64,000 nucleotides of DNA from Myxococcota bacterium. Its GTDB lineage: Bacteria > Myxococcota_A > SURF-8 > G963663525. The notes under the pieces are model-generated. The model saw only the letters and a list, made by a program, of their open reading frames with translations. It made no database searches and was not told where the DNA came from. The stretch spans positions 90,459-154,458 of the forward strand of contig CAXXVK010000052.1 of the NCBI GenBank assembly GCA_963676915.2, read 5' to 3'. A program made the position numbers and the translations under genes. Each line of letters starts with the position of its first letter. Positions within the stretch are counted from its first letter, which is position 1. Shown here piece after piece: positions 8,895 through 18,937 of this stretch.

Positions 8895-10997
8895 CTACCA
8901 GATACTCTGCATCGGAATTTCGACGAGGCTGCTCTGGTTGGAAGTATGGTAAACTGAGTCTTCTCCCCATAGCGTTTCGATGGGGGATACCGCTTTATTG
9001 GCCACGATCCGATAGGCTCCCGAAGCGATGAAAACCGACACTTTGCCTTCATCGTCGGTCATCGTCGAATAGACTTCGCGATCATTGCCGGAACTTGTGG
9101 AGGTGTATATTGTCACGCTGGCTTCGGCGACCGCCTCGCCGGTATTGGCTCGTTGGGTCAGGATTTTCAGCCAGGTGGCATTTTCGTCCACACAGGAGCC
9201 ATCGGGACAACCACAATAACCTCCCATGCATTCGCAGGTGATCGGCAGGGTAGACATGCAGCTATCCTCACCGGTGGGCAATGTCCCGTAGCACCCACAA
9301 TCGATATCGCTTACCTGACAAGGTGTATCTTCACTACAGGAACGATCCCCGCCCTGCACCCGGCAATCATCGTAACAGGTCTGGTAGGATTCTCCCTGGT
9401 ATGGGCTGCATTGACCATCTCCGCAACCGTCGAAATCGCAGACTTCCGTACATTGTCCGCGCTGACAGGCCCAATGCCCGACGCAATCCACCAGCCAATC
9501 CAACTCGATACAATCGTACGGCTGGTTGCATTGCGGATTCGTTCCCGTGGAGCACTGCCCATTCTCACATTGACCGGTCGTTCCATCTTCGGTTTGGCAC
9601 ATCGTGCCATCCGCTAAAGGCTCGTAGGTACAGGTCCAACAGTCCGGGTAGGGTAAAGATTGGATACGGACCTCCATACAGGAACCGGGATTGTAGCAGT
9701 TCGGTTGCGGTACGTTGTCACAGGTTTGCTCGTCGAGTTTACAAGCCCCCTCCATACAAGCGAAACCGGGAGGACAATCCCCATCCACATTGCAGGTTTG
9801 CTCACCAAGACAATCCTCGTTGCAACTCATGGCGCTTTCGCCCCGGTTTTCGTCGCAGGTGCCGTTACCGCACATATCGTAATCACAGACTTCTGTGCAT
9901 TCCCCATCGTCGCAAGACCAATGCCCCCAGCAACGAACATCCCAACTCAACGAAAGACAATCCACCGGTTCCCGGCACTCTTCCATCTCTGCGCAATCGC
10001 TCCCGCAACTTTGATCCGTTTCGCCATTGGCCGTATCACAAACGCCGTCGCCACAACCGTCGAAATCACAAACAGGCGTACATTGTCCCTGTTGACAGGA
10101 CCAATGCCCGATACAATTGACCATCCAAAGCAGATCCAGACAATCCGAAACGTCGGCACATTCCCCGGAATCCACCTTGCAATAGCCACTCAGACAAAGA
10201 CCTTCCTCACCGCTTGCAGTCCTGCAAACTGTCCCGTTTTCAATGTTTTCATAGGTACAAGCCCAGCAATCGGGAGCCGGTTTCTGCACAGGGATTCCCT
10301 CACGGCAGGGATTGTTGTTTGAGCAATCCGGCTGTTCCACGTTCTCGCAAGCATCCTCTACCTGACAGACGCCATCCACACAGATTTCATAGGAAACGCA
10401 ATCTGCATCTTCCACGCAATAGTGAGTCCCGCAGTCCGCCGGGCAACTGCTTTCCGACTCGCCTTTTCCGGGTCGGCAATTTCCATCGCCACATTGCTCG
10501 TCATCGCAGGTTTCCTCGCACATTCCCGCATTGCAACTCCAATGACCGACGCAGCGGATATCCCACGGCAAGTCAATGCAATCTTTGGGTAATTCACAGG
10601 TGGGATCGACTTCTTCATCGGTTTCCGGCTCGATCTCGCCGGGATCGTCCGCATCCGTGTCGCCTGCCGGAGCCAGGCATAGTCCCACCTGACAAATACC
10701 CTGCCCTCCCCCGCTCATATCGCAAGGTTGTCCCTCGTTGATGGCTTGAAGCTCGCACTTCCACTCGCAATCCGGCTCTCCCGACCATTGCCAATTGAAC
10801 GCTCCGCAGGCTCCGCCATCCGGGCAGGACGCCGTTGGCATCTCACCCGCCGCGCATTCTTCACCATCGGAGGTTTCGGTATCGTTATCTCCACCCGGAT
10901 CGACAAACCCGGTGCTGGTATCGGCGCTTCCGCAGGCAGCGAGTAGAATGGTCAGGCTGGCAAGAACGAAAAATAGACGGAATTCGGTACGTTGCAT
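8895..10997 (-). CDS. Cys-rich repeat lipoprotein with a C-terminal carboxypeptidase-regulatory-like beta-sandwich
   Basis: Lipobox LAAC, four CxxxxDC..W...CxGHWxC...CGxGxC...GE....C..DC repeats, and C-terminal TGEAVAEASVTI...TDDEGKV...GAYRIVA. Confidence 0.8.
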   Translation of the reverse strand: MQRTEFRLFFVLASLTILLAACGSADTSTGFVDPGGDNDTETSDGEECAAGEMPTASCPDGGACGAFNWQWSGEPDCEWKCELQAINEGQPCDMSGGGQGICQVGLCLAPAGDTDADDPGEIEPETDEEVDPTCELPKDCIDLPWDIRCVGHWSCNAGMCEETCDDEQCGDGNCRPGKGESESSCPADCGTHYCVEDADCVSYEICVDGVCQVEDACENVEQPDCSNNNPCREGIPVQKPAPDCWACTYENIENGTVCRTASGEEGLCLSGYCKVDSGECADVSDCLDLLWMVNCIGHWSCQQGQCTPVCDFDGCGDGVCDTANGETDQSCGSDCAEMEECREPVDCLSLSWDVRCWGHWSCDDGECTEVCDYDMCGNGTCDENRGESAMSCNEDCLGEQTCNVDGDCPPGFACMEGACKLDEQTCDNVPQPNCYNPGSCMEVRIQSLPYPDCWTCTYEPLADGTMCQTEDGTTGQCENGQCSTGTNPQCNQPYDCIELDWLVDCVGHWACQRGQCTEVCDFDGCGDGQCSPYQGESYQTCYDDCRVQGGDRSCSEDTPCQVSDIDCGCYGTLPTGEDSCMSTLPITCECMGGYCGCPDGSCVDENATWLKILTQRANTGEAVAEASVTIYTSTSSGNDREVYSTMTDDEGKVSVFIASGAYRIVANKAVSPIETLWGEDSVYHTSNQSSLVEIPMQSIW

Positions 10998-11217
10998 GGC
11001 ACGAACCTCCTATGGAGTGGCAGTCGGATAGTCCTTATGGTAGCGTTCTGGAGGGCGAGTGTCAACTCCGAACCAAGGGAGAGAAAAAACCAATCCTCTG
11101 GTTTTCTCTGACCCGATTCATGCACTTCGACACCTTCGGCACAACAACCGATACAGACTCGGACTCGAAAGAATCGACCCGATATTTAGCAGGGATAATC
11201 CCTGTATGGATGCGAAA

Positions 11218-12360
11218 TTATTCGGCTTCTTTGAAGCGAATGACGCCTTTCATGTCGGTTTCTTCGGTGTCTTTCCAACGATAGCGCCGGGTGTATTTCA
11301 TACCGCCGGTGAGATCCTCGCCGAGTTCGTCATCGAAAACCTCGACCTGTTCGAGCTTCGTGCGCCATTCTTCCATTTTCTTACGGTCGCCCGCCTTCTT
11401 GACCACTTGGTATAGTTTTTTCTGATAGTCCAGCTTGAAGGGAGCCAACTCGACCGCTTTTTCCATCGCGCGCACGGCATCGCGGTATTCTTTCTGTTTG
11501 AGCGAGAATGCGGCGAACTCCTCGAAATACGTGGCATAATCGGGTTCGAGTCGAAGTTTGAGCATTTTATCGAAAATGGAATGATAATCCAGATCTTCCA
11601 TAGTCACGTCTTCCATACGATCCTGTAAATCATCGAGCATATCTTCCTGGGCATCTTCATCCAGTTCCGCAAGAAGGATCGCGTTGCGCCAGGCGTTCAT
11701 CAACAAACGAGCTTTTTCGTTGTTATCGAGAGATCCTTTTTTCACTTTGGCGTACGTCACGAGCGTTCCCTTGGCCTTAGACCCGTCATCGTCGATATCG
11801 AAGGAGAAGATCCACAAACCACCTTTCATTTTTTCGGGCAATGCACTTTTTTTGTCCACTTTGAACTGAGACATCGCCAACCGCAACACGGCTTGCTCGT
11901 AGGCCATTTCGCGAACTTCCCTGACCCGCTCCTTGAACGAATCCTTTTTGCTCGTCACGGTCAAGATCAGGGCACGGGTGTTTTGCATTCGCTTTTTGAC
12001 TTTTTGCGTGCGTACAGCCTTAGCCACGGCTTTGTATCCACCGTCAGGCAGATTCTCGGTGCGGACGATCTCTACCTCTACATTGCTGTTCCCAAGGGAG
12101 GTGGTGAACATCGAAAACGGCTGATCGTGCATATATTCGAAGGTCAGGGTTGCAGGTTTCGCCGCAGAAATAGCCAGACGAGCCGCCATTTTTTTGGCAT
12201 CCTGCTCGGCGTTTTCTCCCCATCCGTATCCGACAACTTCAATCTCTTTTTCGACACGAACGCCTTTGAATTCGTGTTTCGCCACGGTTTTGCAGGAAGT
12301 AGCACCCAACACCAACAACAACGCAACAACGAAAACGACGACAACAGTTTGTCGATTCAT
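11218..12360 (-). CDS. Lipoprotein of unknown function (LPP20-like N-terminus, C-terminal TPR)
   Basis: MNRQTVVVVFVVALLLVLGATSC signal after an AGGAGGT RBS, VVGYG..AEQDAKKMAAR, and TPR EYRDAVRAMEKAVELAP. Confidence 0.7.
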   Translation of the reverse strand: MNRQTVVVVFVVALLLVLGATSCKTVAKHEFKGVRVEKEIEVVGYGWGENAEQDAKKMAARLAISAAKPATLTFEYMHDQPFSMFTTSLGNSNVEVEIVRTENLPDGGYKAVAKAVRTQKVKKRMQNTRALILTVTSKKDSFKERVREVREMAYEQAVLRLAMSQFKVDKKSALPEKMKGGLWIFSFDIDDDGSKAKGTLVTYAKVKKGSLDNNEKARLLMNAWRNAILLAELDEDAQEDMLDDLQDRMEDVTMEDLDYHSIFDKMLKLRLEPDYATYFEEFAAFSLKQKEYRDAVRAMEKAVELAPFKLDYQKKLYQVVKKAGDRKKMEEWRTKLEQVEVFDDELGEDLTGGMKYTRRYRWKDTEETDMKGVIRFKEAE

Positions 12361-12681
12361 AACCTGACCTCCTTGACGGTTTCGGTCCTGGACTGGAATT
12401 TTCTGGGAGCGCGCACGAACACTCGGACGATACACCTTTCCCCGGATAACGTCATTAAACTGGGGAAAAATGCTCTTCCGACCCGTGTGCAGAATCCTAC
12501 CGTGCAATACCGTAAGAGTCAACTTTGTATCTCGGATACGAAATTCTCGCCGGTTATCCTGCAATGAAGCGAAAAATCAGAAAGAAAACCGCGTTTTTTC
12601 ATGGCACCTCTTCATTGCGACGAAAAAATCCCTATGGTATGTAAGCTTTCGACGAGCCTTTGCCTGGTGGAGATTAAAACC

Positions 12682-14276
12682 ATGATCGAAACGGTAGATT
12701 TTCTGGTAATCGGCGGTGGATTGGCTGGGATGAGCTTCGCATTGGAAGCGGCCCAGTGGGGAAAAGTCGCCATTTACGTCAAAAAAGGCGACCACGACGC
12801 CAATACGTTTTACGCCCAGGGAGGCATCGCTTCGGTAACATCCGAAGAAGACAGCTTTTCCCGTCATATCGATGACACGCTGAACGCCGGAGCGGGACTG
12901 TGCAACCCCGAAATCGTGCGTATCACCGTCGAAGAAGGCCCGGACGCCATCCACTGGCTTCTGGACAAAGGTGTGGAATTCTCGCGGCGTCAGGACGGAA
13001 CCAGTTCCTTCGATCTCGGCAAGGAAGGCGGACACACCAAGCGTCGCGTGCTTCACTCGGGCGACATCACCGGCCGAGCCATTCAACTTGCTCTTTTGAA
13101 AAAGTCCGCTCTCACCCGAACATCCAATATGTCGAACGCCACATGGCGATCGACCTGATCATGAAGCACAAAATCACGGGAGACAACCGCGACCGAAAAT
13201 GTCTGGGAGCCTATGTTTTCGACGAAATTCTGGGAGAGGTCAAAGCGGTCGTGTCTCCGGTAACGCTTATCGCCACCGGCGGGGCGGGAAAAGTCTACCT
13301 GTATACTTCCAATCCCGATGTCAGCACCGGCGACGGCGTAGCCATGGCGCATCGGGCGGGCGCTCGTGTGGGGAACATGGAGTTCATCCAGTTTCATCCC
13401 ACCTGCCTGTTCCATCCAAAAGCCAAATCCTTTTTGATTTCGGAGGCTTTGCGCGGTGAAGGCGGTATTCTGCGGACGATCACCGGCGAATCCTTCATGG
13501 AACGCTACCACGACATGGGATCTCTGGCCCCTCGTGATGTAGTGGCCCGGGCTATCGATATTGAACTGAAACGTTCCGGCGACGAACACGTTGTGCTCGA
13601 CATGACGGCTCTGGATAAAGAATTCCTGGTCAAGCGTTTCCCGAATATCCACGCGGAATGCATGAACTGGGGCGTGGACATGACCGTCGATCCGATTCCT
13701 GTGGTTCCGGCGGCTCATTATTCCTGCGGCGGCGTGCTGGTGGATGAATTCGGCCATAGTTCGGTCGCGGGACTGTACGTCGTCGGTGAAGCAGCCTGTA
13801 CGGGACTGCATGGCGCCAACCGTCTCGCCTCCAACTCTTTGCTGGAAGCCGTCGTTTACGCTCGCCGGGCGGCGGTTCACGCTCACAAAAAATACACCTC
13901 GGTTTGCGAAGCCTGGTCCAAGCATAAAATCCCGATCTGGGACAAAGGTAAGGCGGTGCCGTCGGATGAACGGGTGGTGATCAGCCACATTTGGGACGAA
14001 ATCCGCCGTTTCATGTGGAATTACGTCGGTATTTCCCGGACGGTCGAACGACTTCAGCGGGCCAAAAGCCGCATCGATTTGGTGAAAAATGAAATCGATT
14101 CGTACTATTGGAAGTACACGCTCGACTCCGATTTACTGGAAGTGCGCAATATTGCAGTGGTTTCGGACCTGATCATTTCTTCCGCAATGATCCGCATGGA
14201 ATCTCGTGGACTGCATTACCTGCTGGACTTCCCTGAAAAAGACGACGAACGCTTTTTGCGACCAACGATCTTATAA
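12682..14276 (+). CDS. nadB: L-aspartate oxidase, interrupted by one frameshift near 13098
   Basis: FLVIGGGLAG, NTFYAQGGIA and EGGHTKRRVLHSGDITG in one frame; ATGGAGKVYLYTSNP, MEFIQFHPT, FLISEALRGEG, PAAHYSCGG, GLHGANRLASNSLLE and ESRGLHY in the -1 frame. One added base gives a 531-aa protein. Confidence 0.93.
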
Positions 14277-14477
14277 AAACGTTTCTCGGGAATTCCCTGT
14301 CGTTTTTCAACGTTTTTACATTAAAATCGGGACGACGTTTGCGAGGAAATCAGGCAACTTCAAAGAACTCGAGGCGAGTTCCCCGTTTTTATTGAAGTTT
14401 GCCGCACTTCCCGCTAGAATGACGAGCGTGAAAAAGTAATCGACAGAACCAACTACGTGTCGAACTCGGAGGCAAGG

Positions 14478-17400
14478 ATGGCAGGAAGCGGGGACAAATC
14501 CCAACAGCGGGGCAGCCGAACGAAAATCTTGAATTATATCAAGATTTTGGAAGGAAACCCGAAATCGTTCATTTTCGCCCAGCTTGCAGAGGAATACCTT
14601 AAGCTCGGGGAAACGGACCAATCGATCGAAACCTGCCTGAAAGGTTTGAAACACAATCCCGATTTCACCGACGGGCTGTACGTTCTCGGTGTTGCTTATT
14701 TTAAAAAAGGCCGCAAAGATCTGGCGACCGAGGTTTTTGTTCGCATTCTGAAAATCAATGAAAACCACTACCTGGCCAAAGAATCGCTCAATCGTTTAGG
14801 AAAAAAACCGGAAGTCGAACTGGCACGAGAAAACGCCGGATTCATCCCGGAATTGGACGGAGAACCGGAAACCGAGCAAACCTCTCCCGAGGAAAAAAAG
14901 GACGAAGCACAAGCTCAAACGACAGAAAAAGAAAAACCTGAGGAAGAAAAAAGCGAGACCCAGGAGAAGACAGCAGCGTTTGGGGCTGTAATCAACGAAG
15001 AAGAGGAAGAAAAACAAGAAGATACAGACTCTTCGCCCTCCTCCAAGGAACCACCGCCTTCCCCCACAACCTCTGAAAAAAAGGAAAATGTAGAGGAAGA
15101 ATCCTCAGAGGATAATGAAGACGAACCTTCCGAGGAAGAATCGGAAGAAATCGAACTTGTTGAAGAGGAAACAGAGGAATCCTATTCCGAATTCGAGATT
15201 CCAACCAGTCACGTCCACGCGCCAGAACCCGAAAAAACAGAAAAAGTTTACACCGCTCAAAAAGGTGATGGTCCGATACCAGAGGACTACGACGAAGGAA
15301 AAAGCTCGACGCAAGGTGTTTGGCTGGTTCCTCTTCTAGCCATTTTGCTGATCGGCGCTGGCGTCGGTGGGTATTTCCTCTACGATTGGTATCAGGCCAA
15401 AGTAGCATTGGAAAGAGCCGAAGCTTCAAGCGTAACCGCACATACCATGTTGGATAAGGATGATCGCGCCTCACTGCTTGCAGCCATAAACCAGTTGGCA
15501 GGCGATGCGGCGGAACTTCCGCAATATCCACACCTTTCCGGTCTGATGGTCGAAGCGTACGCCAAACTTCTACTGGACTACGATCCCAACAACGCCCAAT
15601 GGCAAAAAGGACTTGAAACAAGTTTCAGCAAGCTACCCACCGATTATTCGAACAATAAAGACATGGTCGTTGGCATGGGATATCGTGCCTTATTTAATCG
15701 CCGCATTGGTGATTTGCGTTATGTACTGGATAATGCAGAGAAAAACGGCATCCGTGATCCTCGCCTAACCTGCCTCAAAGCTGAAAATCTGCTGTATGAT
15801 GGTAACCTTTCCGAATCCCGTAAAATATTCGAATCGATTTCCAATAGCGGAACTCGACCGAAATATTTCGCAGCAAAAATCAAATTGTTGCAAGAAGACG
15901 CCACTGAAGCAAAATCCGATGTAGAGGAAATCCTCAAAACCAATCCGAATCACGTCCGTAGTCGACTGCTTTTATGGAAAACCTGGTTGGAGACCGATCG
16001 ACCCATGGTCGAGATGGAAGCGAAAATGGACGGATGGCTTGTCAAGTGGTCCAATAAACTTCCTTTGATGCAACAGGCTGACCTGAATTACATCCAAGCA
16101 CTTGTCAACAACCGAAACGGCCATCGCGAAGAAGCGATCCGCCATATGGAAAAATCCGTTCAGATCAATCCACTTCCAGCTTCATTGTATTTGCTCGCTC
16201 GGATGCTATTTGATTCAGGCGATTTCGGCGGGGCATTCAAACACGCCGAAAAAGCGGCTCAATTGGACGACCGCAAGCCGGAGCATCACGAGTTGCTTGG
16301 TCGAATTTACACCAAAATGGGACGTCTTACCCCAGCGGCCGAGGAATTCGATAAAGCGATTACCGAAGACACCAACGATGTGGATCTTCTGCTTGTCGCT
16401 ACCGATGTAGCATTGCAGTTGCATACCTATGAAAAAGCCCAGGTTTATCTGGAAAGAGCCAATCGGATCGAACCAAGCGACATTGATATCCAGAAAAAAC
16501 TGATCATGGTCGTTCTCGAACAGGACGAAACCCAGGAAGCCCAACGACGCATTCAACTTCTCGAAGAACAACAGGGAGAAACCGCCCTCGTCAATTATTT
16601 GAAAGGCAAATTGCTTCTGACCGAAGGCGATAGCAAGAACGCACTAAAAGAGTTCCGTAAAGGTCTGAAAAAAGACCCGAAACATTTCGAATGTCAACTG
16701 GAAAGCGCCAAACAATATCTGGATGAATTCGATTTTGAAAAAGGCTTCAAGCTTCTTTTCAAACTCGCACGTGAACATGCCGACAACGAACAGCTGATGA
16801 TCCTGTTGGCTGACTATTATTTGGCAGTCGAAGACGTTCACAACGCCCGTAACATGTTCGACAAACTCCGCAAAAAATCTCCCGAAAACATGCTTTGGCC
16901 GTTGAAGCTGGCCATGGTCGATTTCCTGTTGGACAATCGTGACGCCGCGTTGAATGTATTTGAAAAAGTATTGGCTCAAAACTCGAAACTGGGGTTGGCC
17001 AACACCTATTCGGGAGCTTATGATCTGCTATACGGCGACCTGAAAAAAGCTGAAACCCTTCTGGACAACGGCATCAAATACGATCCCGGAAACCCGGAAG
17101 CCCATTTCTGGATGGGAGAACTCCGACAAAAGCTGGGAGATGAAATCCTCGCCCGCAACTCCTACGAAACGACTCTGAAAATCCAACCGGATTTCCCCAA
17201 AGCGCATTACCGACTCGCCATGATGCTGATCAAGCAGAACCGCATGGATGAGGCCCGTTTCCGGCTGAAGAAAATTCTTCCGCTTTTGGAAATGTTCCCT
17301 GGTTCCAAATGGTTGCGAGCCAAGGTTTTGTTGAGACTTGGGGAAATCGACTTTTACAAAAGCAACAATCCGGCAGGAATGAAGAAATTCAAGGAAGCCA

Positions 17401-17666
17401 TCAAAGTCGATCCCAACAATCCCGAGGGGTATTATCTGCTGGCCCGCGAAGGCAACAAGTTCGTCAAGTGGGAAAACGCCATCAAACTGCTCGAACGAGC
17501 ATTGGACATCGACAGCAACTTTGCTCCGGCCTATTTCGAAATGGGAGTGATTTACAAATTCAAAGACCGCAACCGTCAGGCAAGGGAAAGCTTCCTCGAA
17601 TACCTGGAAAGAGAACCCAAAGGCGAACTGGCGGAACAGGCTCGTAGGGAGTTGAATTCCTTGTAA
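14478..17666 (+). CDS. Large bitopic TPR protein (N-terminal TPRs, acidic linker, TM, long C-terminal TPR array)
   Basis: NPKSFIFAQLAEEY TPR, Glu-rich linker, TM VWLVPLLAILLIGAGVGGYFLY, and many TPR repeats. Confidence 0.85.
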   Translation: MAGSGDKSQQRGSRTKILNYIKILEGNPKSFIFAQLAEEYLKLGETDQSIETCLKGLKHNPDFTDGLYVLGVAYFKKGRKDLATEVFVRILKINENHYLAKESLNRLGKKPEVELARENAGFIPELDGEPETEQTSPEEKKDEAQAQTTEKEKPEEEKSETQEKTAAFGAVINEEEEEKQEDTDSSPSSKEPPPSPTTSEKKENVEEESSEDNEDEPSEEESEEIELVEEETEESYSEFEIPTSHVHAPEPEKTEKVYTAQKGDGPIPEDYDEGKSSTQGVWLVPLLAILLIGAGVGGYFLYDWYQAKVALERAEASSVTAHTMLDKDDRASLLAAINQLAGDAAELPQYPHLSGLMVEAYAKLLLDYDPNNAQWQKGLETSFSKLPTDYSNNKDMVVGMGYRALFNRRIGDLRYVLDNAEKNGIRDPRLTCLKAENLLYDGNLSESRKIFESISNSGTRPKYFAAKIKLLQEDATEAKSDVEEILKTNPNHVRSRLLLWKTWLETDRPMVEMEAKMDGWLVKWSNKLPLMQQADLNYIQALVNNRNGHREEAIRHMEKSVQINPLPASLYLLARMLFDSGDFGGAFKHAEKAAQLDDRKPEHHELLGRIYTKMGRLTPAAEEFDKAITEDTNDVDLLLVATDVALQLHTYEKAQVYLERANRIEPSDIDIQKKLIMVVLEQDETQEAQRRIQLLEEQQGETALVNYLKGKLLLTEGDSKNALKEFRKGLKKDPKHFECQLESAKQYLDEFDFEKGFKLLFKLAREHADNEQLMILLADYYLAVEDVHNARNMFDKLRKKSPENMLWPLKLAMVDFLLDNRDAALNVFEKVLAQNSKLGLANTYSGAYDLLYGDLKKAETLLDNGIKYDPGNPEAHFWMGELRQKLGDEILARNSYETTLKIQPDFPKAHYRLAMMLIKQNRMDEARFRLKKILPLLEMFPGSKWLRAKVLLRLGEIDFYKSNNPAGMKKFKEAIKVDPNNPEGYYLLAREGNKFVKWENAIKLLERALDIDSNFAPAYFEMGVIYKFKDRNRQARESFLEYLEREPKGELAEQARRELNSL

Positions 17667-17668
17667 AA

Positions 17669-18937
17669 TTACTGCTCTACGAGCTTTATACCCTCTGCGA
17701 CAACCGACAAAATCCGGTCGAACCGCGTCTCGGACATCCTTGGCGAATGGGGAATTTGCAACGTTTCGGCAATCGCCTGCTCGGTATGTGGAAATGCTTC
17801 GGCGACACCGTGCAAGCGGGCAATGTTCCTCATGACATCATGTCCGGTATCGATGCGACGGTGCAAAAGGTAGCGTGCGAGACGCTCTCGTTGCGTTGTC
17901 CGAATCAACAGGAAATAGAAGACATTGCGGTCGGCGTCGTTTGTGGAGTGAATCACGTGCTTTTCGCCAAGAATTTCAATGGCCTTTCGCCCTCTTGACC
18001 TTCTCGTGGCAATATCTTCTTCCAATCCCTCCAGCACACTCGTACCGAAACGCGACTGAAAACCGGACAGACGGGTGTCGTCCCGTTGAGGAAGAGACGG
18101 TTTTAAGCGTTTCAACCACGCCAGAGGATCGCCGTCGAGCCGGTCGAGAAAATGCAGTGCCGGATATACCGCCAGCGTAAAAGCGAGTGGATGACTTGCA
18201 GCATCCATCGCGAGCGTAGAAGCGATGTTACGCAAAAGCTTTCGGTGATCGGCGGCCCCTTTTTTTCGCATTTGCGCACGAATCCACGACCGTTTTTCCT
18301 CGTCACGACAGACAACCGCCCCACCACCGAACAAACCGAAAGGCTTGGCATACGAAAAACTGAACAACCCGCCGTGGCCGATCGATCCCACGGGACGCCC
18401 CGCCGAAAGCGTGCCGATGGCGTGAGCGCAGTCTTCGAACAACAGCAGATCGTGATGCCGAGCGACATCCTGCAAAGCATCCATATCGGCGGGAACACCG
18501 AACAAATGCGCGGCCAGAATAGCGCGAGTCCTGCGTCCAACGGCACGGGCCACCCCCGCCGGATCGAGCGTGTGGGTCGCGGGATCGATATCGACGAATC
18601 GCGGCGTCAGTCCGCACGATCCCAGTACAGTTAGAATGCTTTCGTCCGTATAGGCCGGAACGATGATTTCATCGCCTGCTTTCAGCGAATAGGCTTGAAA
18701 CAAAAGAATCAGCGCCTGCGATCCCGATGACGTCGCGATAACTTCCGGCGCTTCGATCTTCTTCGCGAACGACGCTTCGAAACGAGCGATTTCTTCCGAT
18801 GAAGCGGGACGCAACGCCGCTTCGATCATCCGCCGGTAATGCAGGGACGACAGGGCGATACGTCGCCGTGGCTCGGCAAGTCCAACCGTTGGGAAATGGA
18901 ACATTTCTGAACGTTCTTTGCCGTTTCGATCCGACAT
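17669..18937 (-). CDS. DegT/DnrJ/EryC1/StrS family PLP aminotransferase
   Basis: TSSGSQAL, GDEIIVPAYT, AHLFGVPAD, EDCAHAIG, FSFSYAKPFGLFGGG (PLP lysine). Confidence 0.88.
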   Translation of the reverse strand: MSDRNGKERSEMFHFPTVGLAEPRRRIALSSLHYRRMIEAALRPASSEEIARFEASFAKKIEAPEVIATSSGSQALILLFQAYSLKAGDEIIVPAYTDESILTVLGSCGLTPRFVDIDPATHTLDPAGVARAVGRRTRAILAAHLFGVPADMDALQDVARHHDLLLFEDCAHAIGTLSAGRPVGSIGHGGLFSFSYAKPFGLFGGGAVVCRDEEKRSWIRAQMRKKGAADHRKLLRNIASTLAMDAASHPLAFTLAVYPALHFLDRLDGDPLAWLKRLKPSLPQRDDTRLSGFQSRFGTSVLEGLEEDIATRRSRGRKAIEILGEKHVIHSTNDADRNVFYFLLIRTTQRERLARYLLHRRIDTGHDVMRNIARLHGVAEAFPHTEQAIAETLQIPHSPRMSETRFDRILSVVAEGIKLVEQ

